DNA of 64,000 nucleotides from Dehalococcoidia bacterium (GTDB taxonomy: Bacteria; Chloroflexota; Dehalococcoidia; DSTF01; JACRBR01). The notes below the pieces were generated by a model. That model did no database searches and had not been told where the DNA came from. It saw only the letters and a list, made by a program, of their open reading frames with translations. Shown here piece after piece: positions 27,134-37,079 of the stretch (within the stretch, counting starts at the first letter, position 1; every line of letters begins with the position of its first letter). The stretch spans positions 1,234-65,233 of the forward strand of contig DASRHM010000123.1 of assembly GCA_035650575.1 (NCBI GenBank), in the 5' to 3' direction. The translations under genes and the position numbers were made by a program.

Positions 27134-28372
27134 ATGCGCAGGGTAGCAGTGGTCGGCGCGGGCATGACGCGCTTCGGCAAGTGGCTCGACCGCAGCCTCA
27201 AGGACCTCGGCCGCGAGGCCGTCGAGGGCGCGATGACGCAGGCGGGCGTCGACAAGCCGCAGATCCAGGCGGCGGTCGTCGGCAACGCCACCGCCGGCCT
27301 GATCACCGGCCAGGAGATGATCCGCGGCCAGGTGGTCCTGCGCGAGATGGGCTTCGGCGATATCCCGATCATCAACACCGAGAACGCCTGCGCCAGCAGC
27401 TCGACGGCGTTCCACCTCGCGTGGATGTACGTCGCCTCGGGCATGTACGACTGTGTGCTCGCGCTCGGCGTCGAGAAGCTCTACCACGAGGACAAGCGCC
27501 GCTCCTTCCAGGCGATCGGCTCAGCGGTCGACGTGCAGGCGATCCAGGACCTGATGAAGCAGACGGCCGCGCGCGGGCGCGCCGAAGGCGAGGCGAAGAA
27601 GGCCTCGAGCGAGGGCGCCGGCGAGTCGCGCTCGATGTTCATGGACTTCTACGCCGCCGGCGCGCGCGAGCACATGAAGCGCTACGGCTCGACGCCGATG
27701 CAGTTCGCCAAGATCGCCGTCAAGAGCCACAAGAACGCCTCGCTCAACCCGTACGCGCAGTACCGGGAGCAGTACACGGTCGAGGACATCCTCAACTCGC
27801 CGATCGTCGCCGAGCCGCTGACGCGCCTGATGTGCTCGCCGATCGGCGACGGCGCCGCGGCGCTCGTGCTCTGCTCCGAGGAGAAGGCGAAGCAGCTCAC
27901 GACGAAGCCCGTCTGGGTGACGGCGTCGATCCTCGGCAGCGGCAAGGACCGCCAGCCCGGCGAGCCCGGCGTCACGACGCGCATGGCGCAGAAGGCCTAC
28001 GCGATGGCCGGCGTCGGGCCGGAGGACGTCGACGTCATCGAGTTGCACGACGCGTCGGCGCCGGCCGAGCTGATGGAGTACGAGGAGCTGGGCCTGTGCA
28101 AGGTCGGCGAGGGCGGAAAGCTCATCGAGGAGGGCGTCACGGAGCTGACGGGGAAGATCCCGGTGAACCCAAGCGGCGGCCTGCTCTCGAAGGGGCACCC
28201 GATCGGCGCGACGGGCTGCGCGCAGCTCACGGAGATCTTCTGGCAGCTGCGCGGCGAGGCGGGCGACCGCCAGGTGAAGGACGGCAACGCGAAGATCGGG
28301 ATGACGCAGAACGGCGGCGGGATGATGCGCGGCGAAGCCGCGGCGATGAGCATCCACGTCCTCGAGCGCTAG
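27134..28372 (+). CDS. Thiolase-like protein, SCP-x / lipid-transfer-protein type
   Basis: Thiolase fold with active-site Cys (NTENACASSSTAF), and C-terminal GGLLSKGHPIGATGCAQL. SD GAAGGGAG upstream of the ATG. Confidence 0.88.
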   Translation: MRRVAVVGAGMTRFGKWLDRSLKDLGREAVEGAMTQAGVDKPQIQAAVVGNATAGLITGQEMIRGQVVLREMGFGDIPIINTENACASSSTAFHLAWMYVASGMYDCVLALGVEKLYHEDKRRSFQAIGSAVDVQAIQDLMKQTAARGRAEGEAKKASSEGAGESRSMFMDFYAAGAREHMKRYGSTPMQFAKIAVKSHKNASLNPYAQYREQYTVEDILNSPIVAEPLTRLMCSPIGDGAAALVLCSEEKAKQLTTKPVWVTASILGSGKDRQPGEPGVTTRMAQKAYAMAGVGPEDVDVIELHDASAPAELMEYEELGLCKVGEGGKLIEEGVTELTGKIPVNPSGGLLSKGHPIGATGCAQLTEIFWQLRGEAGDRQVKDGNAKIGMTQNGGGMMRGEAAAMSIHVLER

Positions 28373-28395
28373 CCCCAACGCCGGTCACACATCGA

Positions 28396-28419
28396 GAGGC
28401 CCGCGTGCGCGCGGGCCTC
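28396..28419 (+). terminator. Hairpin GAGGCCCGCG-TGCG-CGCGGGCCTC after the thiolase-like gene
   Basis: Perfect 10-bp stem read directly, followed by a U/C-rich stretch. Confidence 0.55.
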
Positions 28420-28456
28420 GTCCTTCGTCTCGCGCGATCGAGCCCGCGGGCCTGCG

Positions 28457-28475
28457 GGGGCAGCATTATTGCCCC
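28457..28475 (-). terminator. Hairpin GGGGCA-GCATTAT-TGCCCC after the PHP-2 gene
   Basis: 6-bp stem read directly, about 20 nt past the stop of the minus-strand gene. Confidence 0.4.
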
Positions 28476-28496
28476 GAGAACAGCACGGGTGGACCG

Positions 28497-29177
28497 CTAC
28501 GACTGCGAGTGGAGTGCCGTCAGGTCGAGCGGGTGCGGCTTGCCGGTGAGGTCCACCGCCTCGAAGCGCCCCGCCTTCAGCTCCTCGATCAAGTCCTCGA
28601 GCGAGCAGATGTCGCGCTCGAAGTTCGTCGCCACGCGGCCGATGTCGGTGCGCGAGTGCGAGTCGGTGCCGGCCGTGCCCGGCATGCCCATGAACTCGCA
28701 GAGCGCCGCCGAGAAGGCGTTCTCCTTCTGGGTGCCGCGGCCGTTGAGGCGCTCGAGCGCGGCGCAGTGCTTGTACGCCGGGTTGCGCGCCGCGCGCTCC
28801 AGCGCCTCGCGCAGGTCGCGCTCGTCCTCCATGTACCAGGGCATGTGCCGGCGGTAGGGGTGCGCGCCCACCATGGCGCCGTCGGCCTTGCGCACGTGCT
28901 CCGCCAGCTCGTGCGAGCGGTGCATGCCGTACACGTACTTCTCGAGCCCGTACACCAGGATGTGCCCGTCGTCGGTGTTGATCTCGATCGCGGGCAGCAC
29001 GAGGTAGTCGTGCCGCTTCGCGAGCGCGGCGACGTCTTCCGGGTCCCAGAAGTAGTCGTGCTCGCTGAGGCAGATGCCGTCGAGCCCCGCCTGCTTCGAG
29101 CGCTCCACCAGGTCGTCCGGGGACAGGTAGGAGTCCCAGGAGAGCGGGCGCGTGTGCGTGTGGAGGTCGATCAGCAA
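28497..29177 (-). CDS. PHP-domain metal-dependent phosphoesterase (paralog 2)
   Basis: TTG start with MLIDLHTHT, and PHP His/Asp motifs (LSEHD, GHILVYGLE, GAHPYR, GTDSHS). Clear paralog of the gene at about 825..1412. Confidence 0.85.
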   Translation of the reverse strand: MLIDLHTHTRPLSWDSYLSPDDLVERSKQAGLDGICLSEHDYFWDPEDVAALAKRHDYLVLPAIEINTDDGHILVYGLEKYVYGMHRSHELAEHVRKADGAMVGAHPYRRHMPWYMEDERDLREALERAARNPAYKHCAALERLNGRGTQKENAFSAALCEFMGMPGTAGTDSHSRTDIGRVATNFERDICSLEDLIEELKAGRFEAVDLTGKPHPLDLTALHSQS

Positions 29178-29284
29178 CCGGCGGTCCTTACTGCTCGGGG
29201 GTCACGGCAGTATATCGGCCTCTCCGACGCGCGCTATAGTGCTTGCGGGCAGCGCGCCGCCGATCGTGCGCGCTGCCTTCGCGT

Positions 29285-30871
29285 ATGCGGGAGCCACGCG
29301 TGCTGTACGCCGAACACGTCGCGAAGTCCTTCGGCCCGCTCGACGTCCTGTCGGACGTCAGCTTCATCGCGTCCGCGGGCGAACGCGTGGGGCTCGTGGG
29401 CCCGAACGGCGCCGGCAAGTCGACGATCCTGCGCCTGCTCGCCGGCGACGACGCGCCCGACGAGGGCGCCTGCGGCGTCCGCGGCGGCGCGCTCGGCTAC
29501 CTGCGCCAGGAGGCGGGCCTCGACGGCGCCCGCACGCTCTTCGAAGAGCTGTGGGAGGCGTTCCCGGAGGCGCGCGCGGTCGAGCGCCGGCTCGAGGAGA
29601 TCGCGGCGCAGATCGAGCGCGGCGACGGCGACCTCGACGCGCTGATCGCCGAGCAGGGCGAGCTGTTCGAGCGCTTCGAGGCGCTCGGCGGCTACCGCAT
29701 CGAGAGCCGCATCGGCCGAGTGCTCGACGGGCTGGGCTTCGCGCCGGGCGACCGCGAGAAACGCTGCGACGCCTTCAGCGGCGGCTGGCAGATGCGCATC
29801 GCGCTGGCGAAGATCCTCGTGCGGCGGCCGGAGAACCTGCTGCTCGACGAGCCGACGAACCACCTCGACGCCGCAGCGCGCGCATGGCTCGCCGACGACC
29901 TGGCGAAGCACGCGGGCGCGGCGCTGATCGTGACGCACGACGCGGAGTTCCTCGACGCCGTCGCGACGCGCGTGCTCGAGCTGCGCGACGGCGTGGTCGA
30001 GAGCTACGCCGGCAACTACAGCGATTACCAGCGCCAGAAGGCGGCGCGGCTGCAGGAGCAGGACCGCGCGGCCGCGCGCCAGGAGCGCGAGCTGGCGCGC
30101 CAGCAGCGCTTCATCGACCGGTTCCGCGCGAAGCCGTCGAAGGCCTCCGCGGTGAAGAGCCGCGAGAAGGCGATCGCGAAGGTCGAGCGCATCGCCCGGC
30201 CGGCGCGCGAGTCCGAAGTGACGTTCCGGCTCGCGGCGGACGGCCGCAGCGAGCGCGAGGTGCTCGTCATGGAGCACGTGAGCCACGCCTACGGCGAGCA
30301 CGTCGTGCTGCTCGACGTCAACCTGCTCGTCGAGCGGAACCAGAAGGTCGTGCTCATCGGCCCGAACGGCAGCGGCAAGAGCACGCTGCTCCGTATCGCC
30401 GCCGGCATCATCGATCCGAGCGAGGGCGAGGTCCGCTGGGCGGAGCGCGCGCGGCCGCGCTACTACGACCAGCACCAGGACGAGGTGCTCGACCCGGCGT
30501 CGACCGTAATCGAGGAGGTGCGAGCCGTCGCGCCGCGCGAGCCGGATGAGCGCCTGCGCACCGTCCTCGGGCAGTTCCTCTTCCGCGGCGACGACGTCTT
30601 CCGGGGCATCGGCGTGCTGTCGGGCGGGGAGCGCAGCCGCGTGGCGCTGGCGAAGCTGCTGCTCCTCCCCGGCAACGTGCTGCTGCTCGACGAGCCGACG
30701 AACCACCTCGACCGCGGCACACGGCGCAGGCTGCTGGAAGCGCTGGAGCGCTACGACGGCACCCTGATCTGCGCGAGCCACGATCCGGGCATCCTCGACC
30801 GCATTGCCACGCGCGTGTACGAGGTCAGCGACACCGCCTGCCGCGAAGTGCTCGCGCGCCGCAAGGACTGA
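29285..30871 (+). CDS. ABC-F family ATPase (two tandem ABC domains, no TMD)
   Basis: Two Walker A motifs (GPNGAGKST, GPNGSGKST), two ABC signatures (FSGGWQMR, LSGGERSR), and an inter-domain linker. Alternative GTG start at 29300 has a GGGAG SD. Confidence 0.88.
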   Translation: MREPRVLYAEHVAKSFGPLDVLSDVSFIASAGERVGLVGPNGAGKSTILRLLAGDDAPDEGACGVRGGALGYLRQEAGLDGARTLFEELWEAFPEARAVERRLEEIAAQIERGDGDLDALIAEQGELFERFEALGGYRIESRIGRVLDGLGFAPGDREKRCDAFSGGWQMRIALAKILVRRPENLLLDEPTNHLDAAARAWLADDLAKHAGAALIVTHDAEFLDAVATRVLELRDGVVESYAGNYSDYQRQKAARLQEQDRAAARQERELARQQRFIDRFRAKPSKASAVKSREKAIAKVERIARPARESEVTFRLAADGRSEREVLVMEHVSHAYGEHVVLLDVNLLVERNQKVVLIGPNGSGKSTLLRIAAGIIDPSEGEVRWAERARPRYYDQHQDEVLDPASTVIEEVRAVAPREPDERLRTVLGQFLFRGDDVFRGIGVLSGGERSRVALAKLLLLPGNVLLLDEPTNHLDRGTRRRLLEALERYDGTLICASHDPGILDRIATRVYEVSDTACREVLARRKD

Positions 30872-30874
30872 GGG

Positions 30875-31771
30875 TCAGCCCCTCGATCCCGAAGGCGCTT
30901 CGAGCGGGAGCTGGTTCTCGAGCGGGTTGATGCCGCGCAGGACCGCCGCGGCGTGCCCGGCCGCCCGCGCGCATGCCTCCTCGACGGGCATCCCGCACGT
31001 CACGTACCAGGTGAGCGCGCCCGCGAACGTGTCGCCGGCGCCGTACATCGCGCCCGGCGCCTCGCTCGTCTCCGGCGCGTCGAACCGCGCGATGCCGTCC
31101 GCCGTCTCGATTCGCCCGCCGCGCGAGCCCTCCGTCATCACCAGCGCATCCGGCGGGTTGGCGTAGTCGGCGCGCGCGCTCGCTTCGCGCGGGTCGAGCG
31201 CGCTGCCGACGACGACGTCCGCGCGCACGCCCGCGGCGTTCAGCGCCTCCCGGCGCCGCGCGGTGACGACGAGCGTGCGCGCCTGGCGCGCCTGCCGCAG
31301 CGCCTCGGGATCCTGCGCCGTGAAGTAGGCGCCGTCGCAGGTCCTCAGCAGGTCCCAGCCGAGCCGGTCGTCCGCGCGCGGGTGCAGCGGCTCCCCGAGC
31401 ACGAAGATCGTGCGCTCGCCCCCCGGCGTGACGAGCACGAGGTCGCGCGTATGCGGATCGTCGCGCCGGGCGATGTGCAGTTGCGCGCTTGTCGCCACGA
31501 CCTGCTGGTGGACGACCGAGGCCGCATCGTCGCCGCCGAGCGCGGTGAAGAGGTGAATCTCGCCGGGCCCGCGGGTGAGCTGGAAGAAGGCGATGCCGCC
31601 GCCGCCGCCCGCGATGTGCGTGACGTCGTCGAGGTGCACGATTTCCCCGAGCGCCGGCAGCGCCGGTACGCGCGCGATGGTGACGAACTCGACATGGCCG
31701 ATGACGGCAATGCGCGGCGGCGCCTGGTACGTCGCCTGGCGGGCGGGCGCGGGGGCGGGTGCGACGGTCAC
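30875..31771 (-). CDS. PfkB family carbohydrate kinase (ribokinase-like)
   Basis: C-terminal anion-hole/ATP motif GAGDTFAGAL, an N-terminal GG motif, 298 aa. Confidence 0.8.
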   Translation of the reverse strand: MTVAPAPAPARQATYQAPPRIAVIGHVEFVTIARVPALPALGEIVHLDDVTHIAGGGGGIAFFQLTRGPGEIHLFTALGGDDAASVVHQQVVATSAQLHIARRDDPHTRDLVLVTPGGERTIFVLGEPLHPRADDRLGWDLLRTCDGAYFTAQDPEALRQARQARTLVVTARRREALNAAGVRADVVVGSALDPREASARADYANPPDALVMTEGSRGGRIETADGIARFDAPETSEAPGAMYGAGDTFAGALTWYVTCGMPVEEACARAAGHAAAVLRGINPLENQLPLEAPSGSRG

Positions 31772-31814
31772 CCCGCCAGTCTAGGGCGAATGCGTGGCGC
31801 TGAACACTCCCCGC

Positions 31815-32390
31815 CTATGCCGTCGCGCGATGCACGGACACGGCGTAGTCCGCGCGGGCGCGCCAGGCGCCGCGCTCCCATGTCGCGAAGCGCTCGTGCA
31901 GGCGCAGGCCCGCGGCTTCGCACAGCACGTCGTAGCGCTCGAGATCCATCCCGCGCCCGAGCTGAAACCCGGCGATCAGCAGCCCGCCGGGCTCCAGGTG
32001 CCACGCCACGTTCTCGAGCACGCGCGCCTCGCTGCCGGGCGTCAGGAAGATGACCACGTTGCCCGCCATTACGCACGCGTCGTAGCGGCGCGCCAGGCGC
32101 ACCGTCGCGAGGTCGGCGAGCAGCCACGGCAGGCCGGGCGCCTTCCGCCGCGCCGTCGCGAGCATCTCGCGGTCGAGGTCGATGCCGACGACGTCAAGCC
32201 CTCGGCGCGCCAGCTCGCGCCCGACCCGCCCGGTCCCGCACCCGGCATCGATCACCGAGCGCACGCCGTACGAGCCGACAAAGTTCGCTTCGCCGTGTAC
32301 GTCCTTGCCGGCCGCGGCCTCGCGCTCGTAGTGGGCGTCGTACTCGTCGCCGGACAGGCGGCGCGAGGCGAGCCAGGGGTTCTTGGGCAT
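31815..32390 (-). CDS. SAM-dependent methyltransferase
   Basis: Motif I VIDAGCGTGRVG. Start at the internal ATG (MPKNPW). The N-terminal Arg/Ser-rich extension of the ORF was discarded. Confidence 0.7.
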   Translation of the reverse strand: MPKNPWLASRRLSGDEYDAHYEREAAAGKDVHGEANFVGSYGVRSVIDAGCGTGRVGRELARRGLDVVGIDLDREMLATARRKAPGLPWLLADLATVRLARRYDACVMAGNVVIFLTPGSEARVLENVAWHLEPGGLLIAGFQLGRGMDLERYDVLCEAAGLRLHERFATWERGAWRARADYAVSVHRATA

Positions 32391-32430
32391 CGTCACGAGC
32401 CGCAGTGTAGCGGTCGCCGGCGAGCGTCGG

Positions 32431-35400
32431 TCACGCCGCGACGGGCTGCGCCATCGCCTCGAGCGTCCGCAGCAGGACGTCCTGCCAGGCATCGCCGGCA
32501 AGCGCCGGGTCAATGCGCACCTGCGTACGCCCGACGTGCACGCCCTCGATCGCCTCCAGGTCGCGGCGCACGCGCGCGTCGAGCATCGCCTGGAAATTGC
32601 GCCCCTCGATGGCGCGCAGGACGAGCATCGGGGGCGCGTCGGCGCGCTCCTCGCGTGCCACGGCCGCGACCTCGGCCCGCCGCGCGAGCGCGCGCACGCG
32701 GACGACGTACAGCAGGTTCCGCACGGGCGCCGGCGGCGCGCCGAAGCGGTCGCGCAGCTCGCGCTCGAGGTCGTCGGCGGCGTCGGGCGCGTCGGCGGCG
32801 GCCATCCGCTGGTACAGCGACAGCCGCAGGTTGAGGTCGGCGACGTAGCTCTCGGGGATGAACGCCGAGACCGGCAGGTCGACCTGCACCGGCGCGCTGA
32901 TCGCGGAGGCTGGCGGCGGTTCGCCCTTCGACAGCGCCTTCAGTCCCTCGACCGCGTCGGCAAGCAGCTTGACATAGAGATCGAACCCGACGGCGCCGAT
33001 CTGGCCGCTCTGTTCGGCGCCGAGCAGGTTGCCGGCGCCGCGGATCTCCAGGTCGCGCAGGGCGATCTGGAACCCCGCGCCCAGTTCCGTCGCTTCGAAG
33101 ATCGCCTCCAGCCGCTTCTGCGCGACCTCGCTCAGCGCGCGGTGCTTCTCGAACAGCAGGTACGCGTACGCGCGCACGGCGCCGCGGCCGACGCGGCCCC
33201 GCAGCTGGTAGAGCTGCGCCAGCCCGAAGCGGTCGGCGTTGTTGATGATGATCGTGTTCACGTTCGGGATGTCGAGCCCGGACTCGATGATCGTCGTGCA
33301 GACGAGCACATCCGCCTTGCCCTCCGTGAACTGCAGCATGACCTGCTCGAGCACGTCCTCGGGCATCTGGCCGTGGCCGATGAGCACCTCCGCCTCCGGC
33401 ACGAGCTCGCGCAGCTTCTTCGCGACGAGTTCGATGTTGTGCACGCGGTTGTGCACGAAGTACACCTGTCCGCCGCGCTCCAGCTCGCGCATGATCGCCT
33501 CGCGCACCAGGTGGTCGTCGAACTCGGTGACGTAGGTCTTGATCGGCAGGCGCTCCTCGGGCGGCGTCTCGATCGTCGACATGTCGCGGATGCCGGTCAT
33601 CGCCATGTTCAGCGTGCGCGGGATCGGCGTGGCCGTGAGCGTGAGCACGTCGACCTCCGCGCGCATCTGCTTCAGGCGCTCCTTGTGGCCGACGCCGAAG
33701 CGCTGCTCCTCATCGATGATCACGAGGCCCAGGTTCTTGAAGGCGACGTCCTTTTGCAGCAGGCGGTGCGTGCCGATGACGATGTCCAGGTTGCCGCTCG
33801 CCAGGTCGGCGACGATCCGCCGCTGGTCCTTCTCGTGGCGGAAGCGTGAGAGCATCTCGACGCGCACCGGGAAGCTCGCGAGCCGCTCGCGGAAGGTGTT
33901 GTAGTGCTGCTGCGCGAGCACCGTCGTCGGGACGAGCACGGCGACCTGCATGCCGTCCATCACCGCCTTGAAGGCGGCGCGGACGGCGATCTCGGTCTTG
34001 CCGTAGCCGACGTCACCGCAGACGAGCCGGTCCATCGGCCGCGGACTCTCCATGTCGGACTTCACTTCGCGGATCACGGAGGCCTGGTCCCGGGTCTCGA
34101 TATACGGAAACGACGCTTCGAGCTCCGCCTGCCATGCCGTGTCCGGCGCGAACGCGTGGCCTTCGGCGACCTGGCGTGCGGCGTAGAGGCGCAGCAGGTC
34201 GGCCGCCAGCTCCTGTACCGCGCGACGGACGCGCGCCTTCGCCCGCGGCCACTCCTGCGAGCCGAGGCGCGTCAGGGACGGGCGGTGCTCGCCGGGGCCG
34301 ACGTAGCGGCTCACGCGGTCGACCTGGTCCGTCGGCACGTACAGCCGGTCGCCGTCGGCGTACTGCAACTCGAGGTATTCGTGTACCTCGTCGCCGATCT
34401 CCTTGCGCACGAGCCCGGCGAAGCGCGCGATGCCGTGCTCGATGTGCACGACGAACTCGCCCGGCGCCAGCTCCGAGAGGAAGCCATCGCGCGAGACGCC
34501 GCGGCGTGGCGGCGCCCGCCGCTGCTTGCTGAAGCCGAACACCTCGGCGTCGGTGAGCAGCGTCAGGCCGCGGCCTTCCTCACCGACGGACCAGCCGTGC
34601 GGCAGCGAGCCGTGCACGATCGTCAGCGCGCCGGACCCGAGCTTCGGCGGCGCCAGGACGTCGGCGACGCGCGCGTACACGTCGTGCTCTTCGAGCAGCT
34701 CGGAGAGCCGGCGCGACTGCGTCGAGACGACGACAACCTGCTGCCCGCGCCGGAGCGCCTGCGTCAGCTCCTCGGCAAGCGCGCGCAGCCGCCCGCCGTA
34801 CGCCGCCGCCGGCCCGAACGGCAGGCGCATCGCCGCGCCGGCGTCCGGCGCCTCCGCCTCCCCCGTCGCCCAGCGCGAGAGCATCAGCCGCCGCGGCCGC
34901 GCCTCGATCGCCGCGCGCAGCGCATCCCAGCCGACGTGCGGCTCCGGCATGCCGTGCGGGAGCTCGTTGCGCAGCTCGAGCTCGCGGCGCGCCTCCCGCG
35001 CCTGCTCGTCGCGCTCGAGCTGCACCGCGTTCACGTCCGCCGGCTCGTCGAGCACGACGAGCGCGTCCTCCGGCAGGTGGTCGAGCAGCGTCGCGTGCAG
35101 CAGGAACGGCGCGTAGAACCAGTCGCCGTCGAACGGCTCGCCTTCGCGCAGCAGCTCGAGGTCGCGGTCGAAGCGCTCGCGCGCCGCGCCCCGCAGCGGC
35201 TGCACGCGCAGCCCGTCCGCGAGGCGGCGCCGCGCGGCGCCCTCGTGCGTCAGCTCGCGCGCGGGGCCGATGCGTACCGCCTCGCGCGTCCCCGACGAGC
35301 GCTGCGTGGCGGGGTCGAAGGCGCGAATGCTCTCGACCTCGTCCCCGACCAGCTCGATCCGCAGCGGTTCGTCCTCGGCTGGCGGCCAGGCGTCGACGAT

Positions 35401-35958
35401 GCCGCCGCGCCGCGACGCCTCGCCGGGCGCCGTCACCTCTGGCTCGAAGCGGAAGCCCGCGGCGTCGAGCGCGCGCAGCAGGTCATCGAGCCGCGTCCGC
35501 TCGCCGCGCACGACGGCGATGCTGCTGGCGCGCAGGTCGTCCGGCGCGATCGTGCGCTGCGCGATCGCCGCCGCGCAGGCGACGACGATCGGCCGCACGC
35601 CGCTCGCGGATGACGAGGCGAGCGCGTCGATGGCGTCGAGCCGTGCGCGGATGTCGTCCGGATCGGGCGCGAGGCGCTCGTACGGCAGCGCATCGCGCTC
35701 GGGGAAGACGAGCACGCGCGCGGCCGCGTGCGCGCCGAGCCACGCCCGCAGCTCGTCGGCGAGCGCGTCCGCGTGCTGCGGCCGCGCCACGAGGACGAGC
35801 ATCGGCGCCATCGCGTCGCGCGCGAGCGTCGCCAGCGCCGCCGCCTTCGCACCGTCCGTGATACCGAGCATCAGCGCCCGCGCGCGGCCGAGGCGCTCGC
35901 GCACGCGCGCCAGCCCGACGGTCTCATCGATGACGGGGAGGAGGGCGGAAAGGTCCAT
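32431..35958 (-). CDS. mfd: Transcription-repair coupling factor Mfd
   Basis: 1175 aa. UvrB-homology N-terminus, RNAP-interacting domain, superfamily-2 translocase motifs (GDVGYGKTEIA, DEEQRFGV, HGQM) and TRCF C-terminal domain. Confidence 0.93.
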   Translation of the reverse strand: MDLSALLPVIDETVGLARVRERLGRARALMLGITDGAKAAALATLARDAMAPMLVLVARPQHADALADELRAWLGAHAAARVLVFPERDALPYERLAPDPDDIRARLDAIDALASSSASGVRPIVVACAAAIAQRTIAPDDLRASSIAVVRGERTRLDDLLRALDAAGFRFEPEVTAPGEASRRGGIVDAWPPAEDEPLRIELVGDEVESIRAFDPATQRSSGTREAVRIGPARELTHEGAARRRLADGLRVQPLRGAARERFDRDLELLREGEPFDGDWFYAPFLLHATLLDHLPEDALVVLDEPADVNAVQLERDEQAREARRELELRNELPHGMPEPHVGWDALRAAIEARPRRLMLSRWATGEAEAPDAGAAMRLPFGPAAAYGGRLRALAEELTQALRRGQQVVVVSTQSRRLSELLEEHDVYARVADVLAPPKLGSGALTIVHGSLPHGWSVGEEGRGLTLLTDAEVFGFSKQRRAPPRRGVSRDGFLSELAPGEFVVHIEHGIARFAGLVRKEIGDEVHEYLELQYADGDRLYVPTDQVDRVSRYVGPGEHRPSLTRLGSQEWPRAKARVRRAVQELAADLLRLYAARQVAEGHAFAPDTAWQAELEASFPYIETRDQASVIREVKSDMESPRPMDRLVCGDVGYGKTEIAVRAAFKAVMDGMQVAVLVPTTVLAQQHYNTFRERLASFPVRVEMLSRFRHEKDQRRIVADLASGNLDIVIGTHRLLQKDVAFKNLGLVIIDEEQRFGVGHKERLKQMRAEVDVLTLTATPIPRTLNMAMTGIRDMSTIETPPEERLPIKTYVTEFDDHLVREAIMRELERGGQVYFVHNRVHNIELVAKKLRELVPEAEVLIGHGQMPEDVLEQVMLQFTEGKADVLVCTTIIESGLDIPNVNTIIINNADRFGLAQLYQLRGRVGRGAVRAYAYLLFEKHRALSEVAQKRLEAIFEATELGAGFQIALRDLEIRGAGNLLGAEQSGQIGAVGFDLYVKLLADAVEGLKALSKGEPPPASAISAPVQVDLPVSAFIPESYVADLNLRLSLYQRMAAADAPDAADDLERELRDRFGAPPAPVRNLLYVVRVRALARRAEVAAVAREERADAPPMLVLRAIEGRNFQAMLDARVRRDLEAIEGVHVGRTQVRIDPALAGDAWQDVLLRTLEAMAQPVAA

Positions 35959-35982
35959 CGTCCCTCGCGGACAACGCGAACG

Positions 35983-36006
35983 GGGGCTGATCGCGCGATC
36001 AGCCCC
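35983..36006. promoter_or_regulatory. Perfect 24-nt palindrome GGGGCTGATCGC|GCGATCAGCCCC about 25 nt upstream of the mfd start
   Basis: Read directly from the sequence. A second near-palindrome CGCGTGGGGGATCCCCCGCG lies at about 36101..36120 in the same 294-nt intergenic region. Confidence 0.5.
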
Positions 36007-36251
36007 TTCCGGCGCCCCATTGTACCCCGCGTGTCTCCGGTGCGCGCAGCTCGGTGCCGAAGATGATGGCGCGGCCGGGGAGCGGACGTTTCCTGCCTAT
36101 TCGCGTGGGGGATCCCCCGCGCCCTCGGGGGCGTGCCCGCCCGGGAGACGGAAGCCCTATCCGCCGGCCGGCGGGTCGGCGGGACACCGTAGATGAAGTG
36201 CTACGCTCCGGTGACGAGCGCCGTTCTCATCGCGCGGCGCCCGGGGCGCGC

Positions 36252-37049
36252 TCAGATCAGGGGCAGCGGCAGCTTGGGCAGCGCGCGGCAGTCGAGCGTG
36301 ACGAACGACCCGCTGAACTGCTGCACCCAGCGGCTGTCGGAGTACAGCGTGTTGACGCGGTAGTAGTGACGGCGCGCGCTAACGATCCCGGACCACGAGA
36401 AGATGTCGATGCCCCCGGGCGGGAACGGCCCGGCGCCGATGAACGTCCCCGGCAGGAAGCCGTTGTCGAGCAGCGGGTTCCGAGGGTTCGCGAATAGCGT
36501 CAGGTCGAGCCACTGCTGCTGCGGCACGGCTCCGGGTATCGGCGACGCCGGCGGCAGCGAGAAGTTCACGACCAGCAGACCAGAACCGTCGAGCATGCAG
36601 CCGAGGCTCGCGACGGCGCCGCAGTTCGGCGTCTCGAATTGACCCCGGCCCATCTCGACCCACTGCGACCCGAACAGCGCATTCAGCCGATAGTAGTGCA
36701 TGTTCGATGGAATCAGATGGAGCCAGTTGAACGGCCGCCCCGCATCGCCCTGGGCTGGCGTGAACGGCCCCGCGCCGATGAACGTACCGGGCGCGAAGCC
36801 GTTGTCGAACAGCGACAGGTCGATCCAGATCTGGTCCGGCATTCGCCCGAACCGGGCGTACACATCGACCGCGTTCGGGATGCTGAATCCGGCGATGACG
36901 TCCCCGCCTTCGGTCCCCGGCGCGCGCGTGCAGCTCAGTCCGCTCACGAAGTTCTGGGGAAAGGCGGCCGCGCGCGCGTCCGCCGCGTCGCGGGGCGCGA
37001 GGCCGGCGAGTGGGAGCAGCGCAAGGGCGGCGAGAGCGATCCAGCGCAT
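36252..37049 (-). CDS. Secreted protein built from two copies of an unclassified ~110-aa domain
   Basis: Signal peptide MRWIALAALALLPLAGLA. Internal duplication: QIWIDLSLFDNGFAPGTFIGAGPF...HYYRLNALFGSQWVEMGRGQFETPNC versus QQWLDLTLFANPRNPLLDNGFLPGTFIGAGPF...HYYRVNTLYSDSRWVQQFSGSFVTLDC. Each copy carries a Cys pair. Confidence 0.65.
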   Translation of the reverse strand: MRWIALAALALLPLAGLAPRDAADARAAAFPQNFVSGLSCTRAPGTEGGDVIAGFSIPNAVDVYARFGRMPDQIWIDLSLFDNGFAPGTFIGAGPFTPAQGDAGRPFNWLHLIPSNMHYYRLNALFGSQWVEMGRGQFETPNCGAVASLGCMLDGSGLLVVNFSLPPASPIPGAVPQQQWLDLTLFANPRNPLLDNGFLPGTFIGAGPFPPGGIDIFSWSGIVSARRHYYRVNTLYSDSRWVQQFSGSFVTLDCRALPKLPLPLI

Positions 37050-37079
37050 GCACGTAGAACGCGCGCGGGCGCCGGAAGG

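Noticed and set aside
29234-30781. 515-aa minus-strand ORF
   Set aside because: Antisense to the ABC-F gene, which has both Walker and signature motifs in the plus frame.
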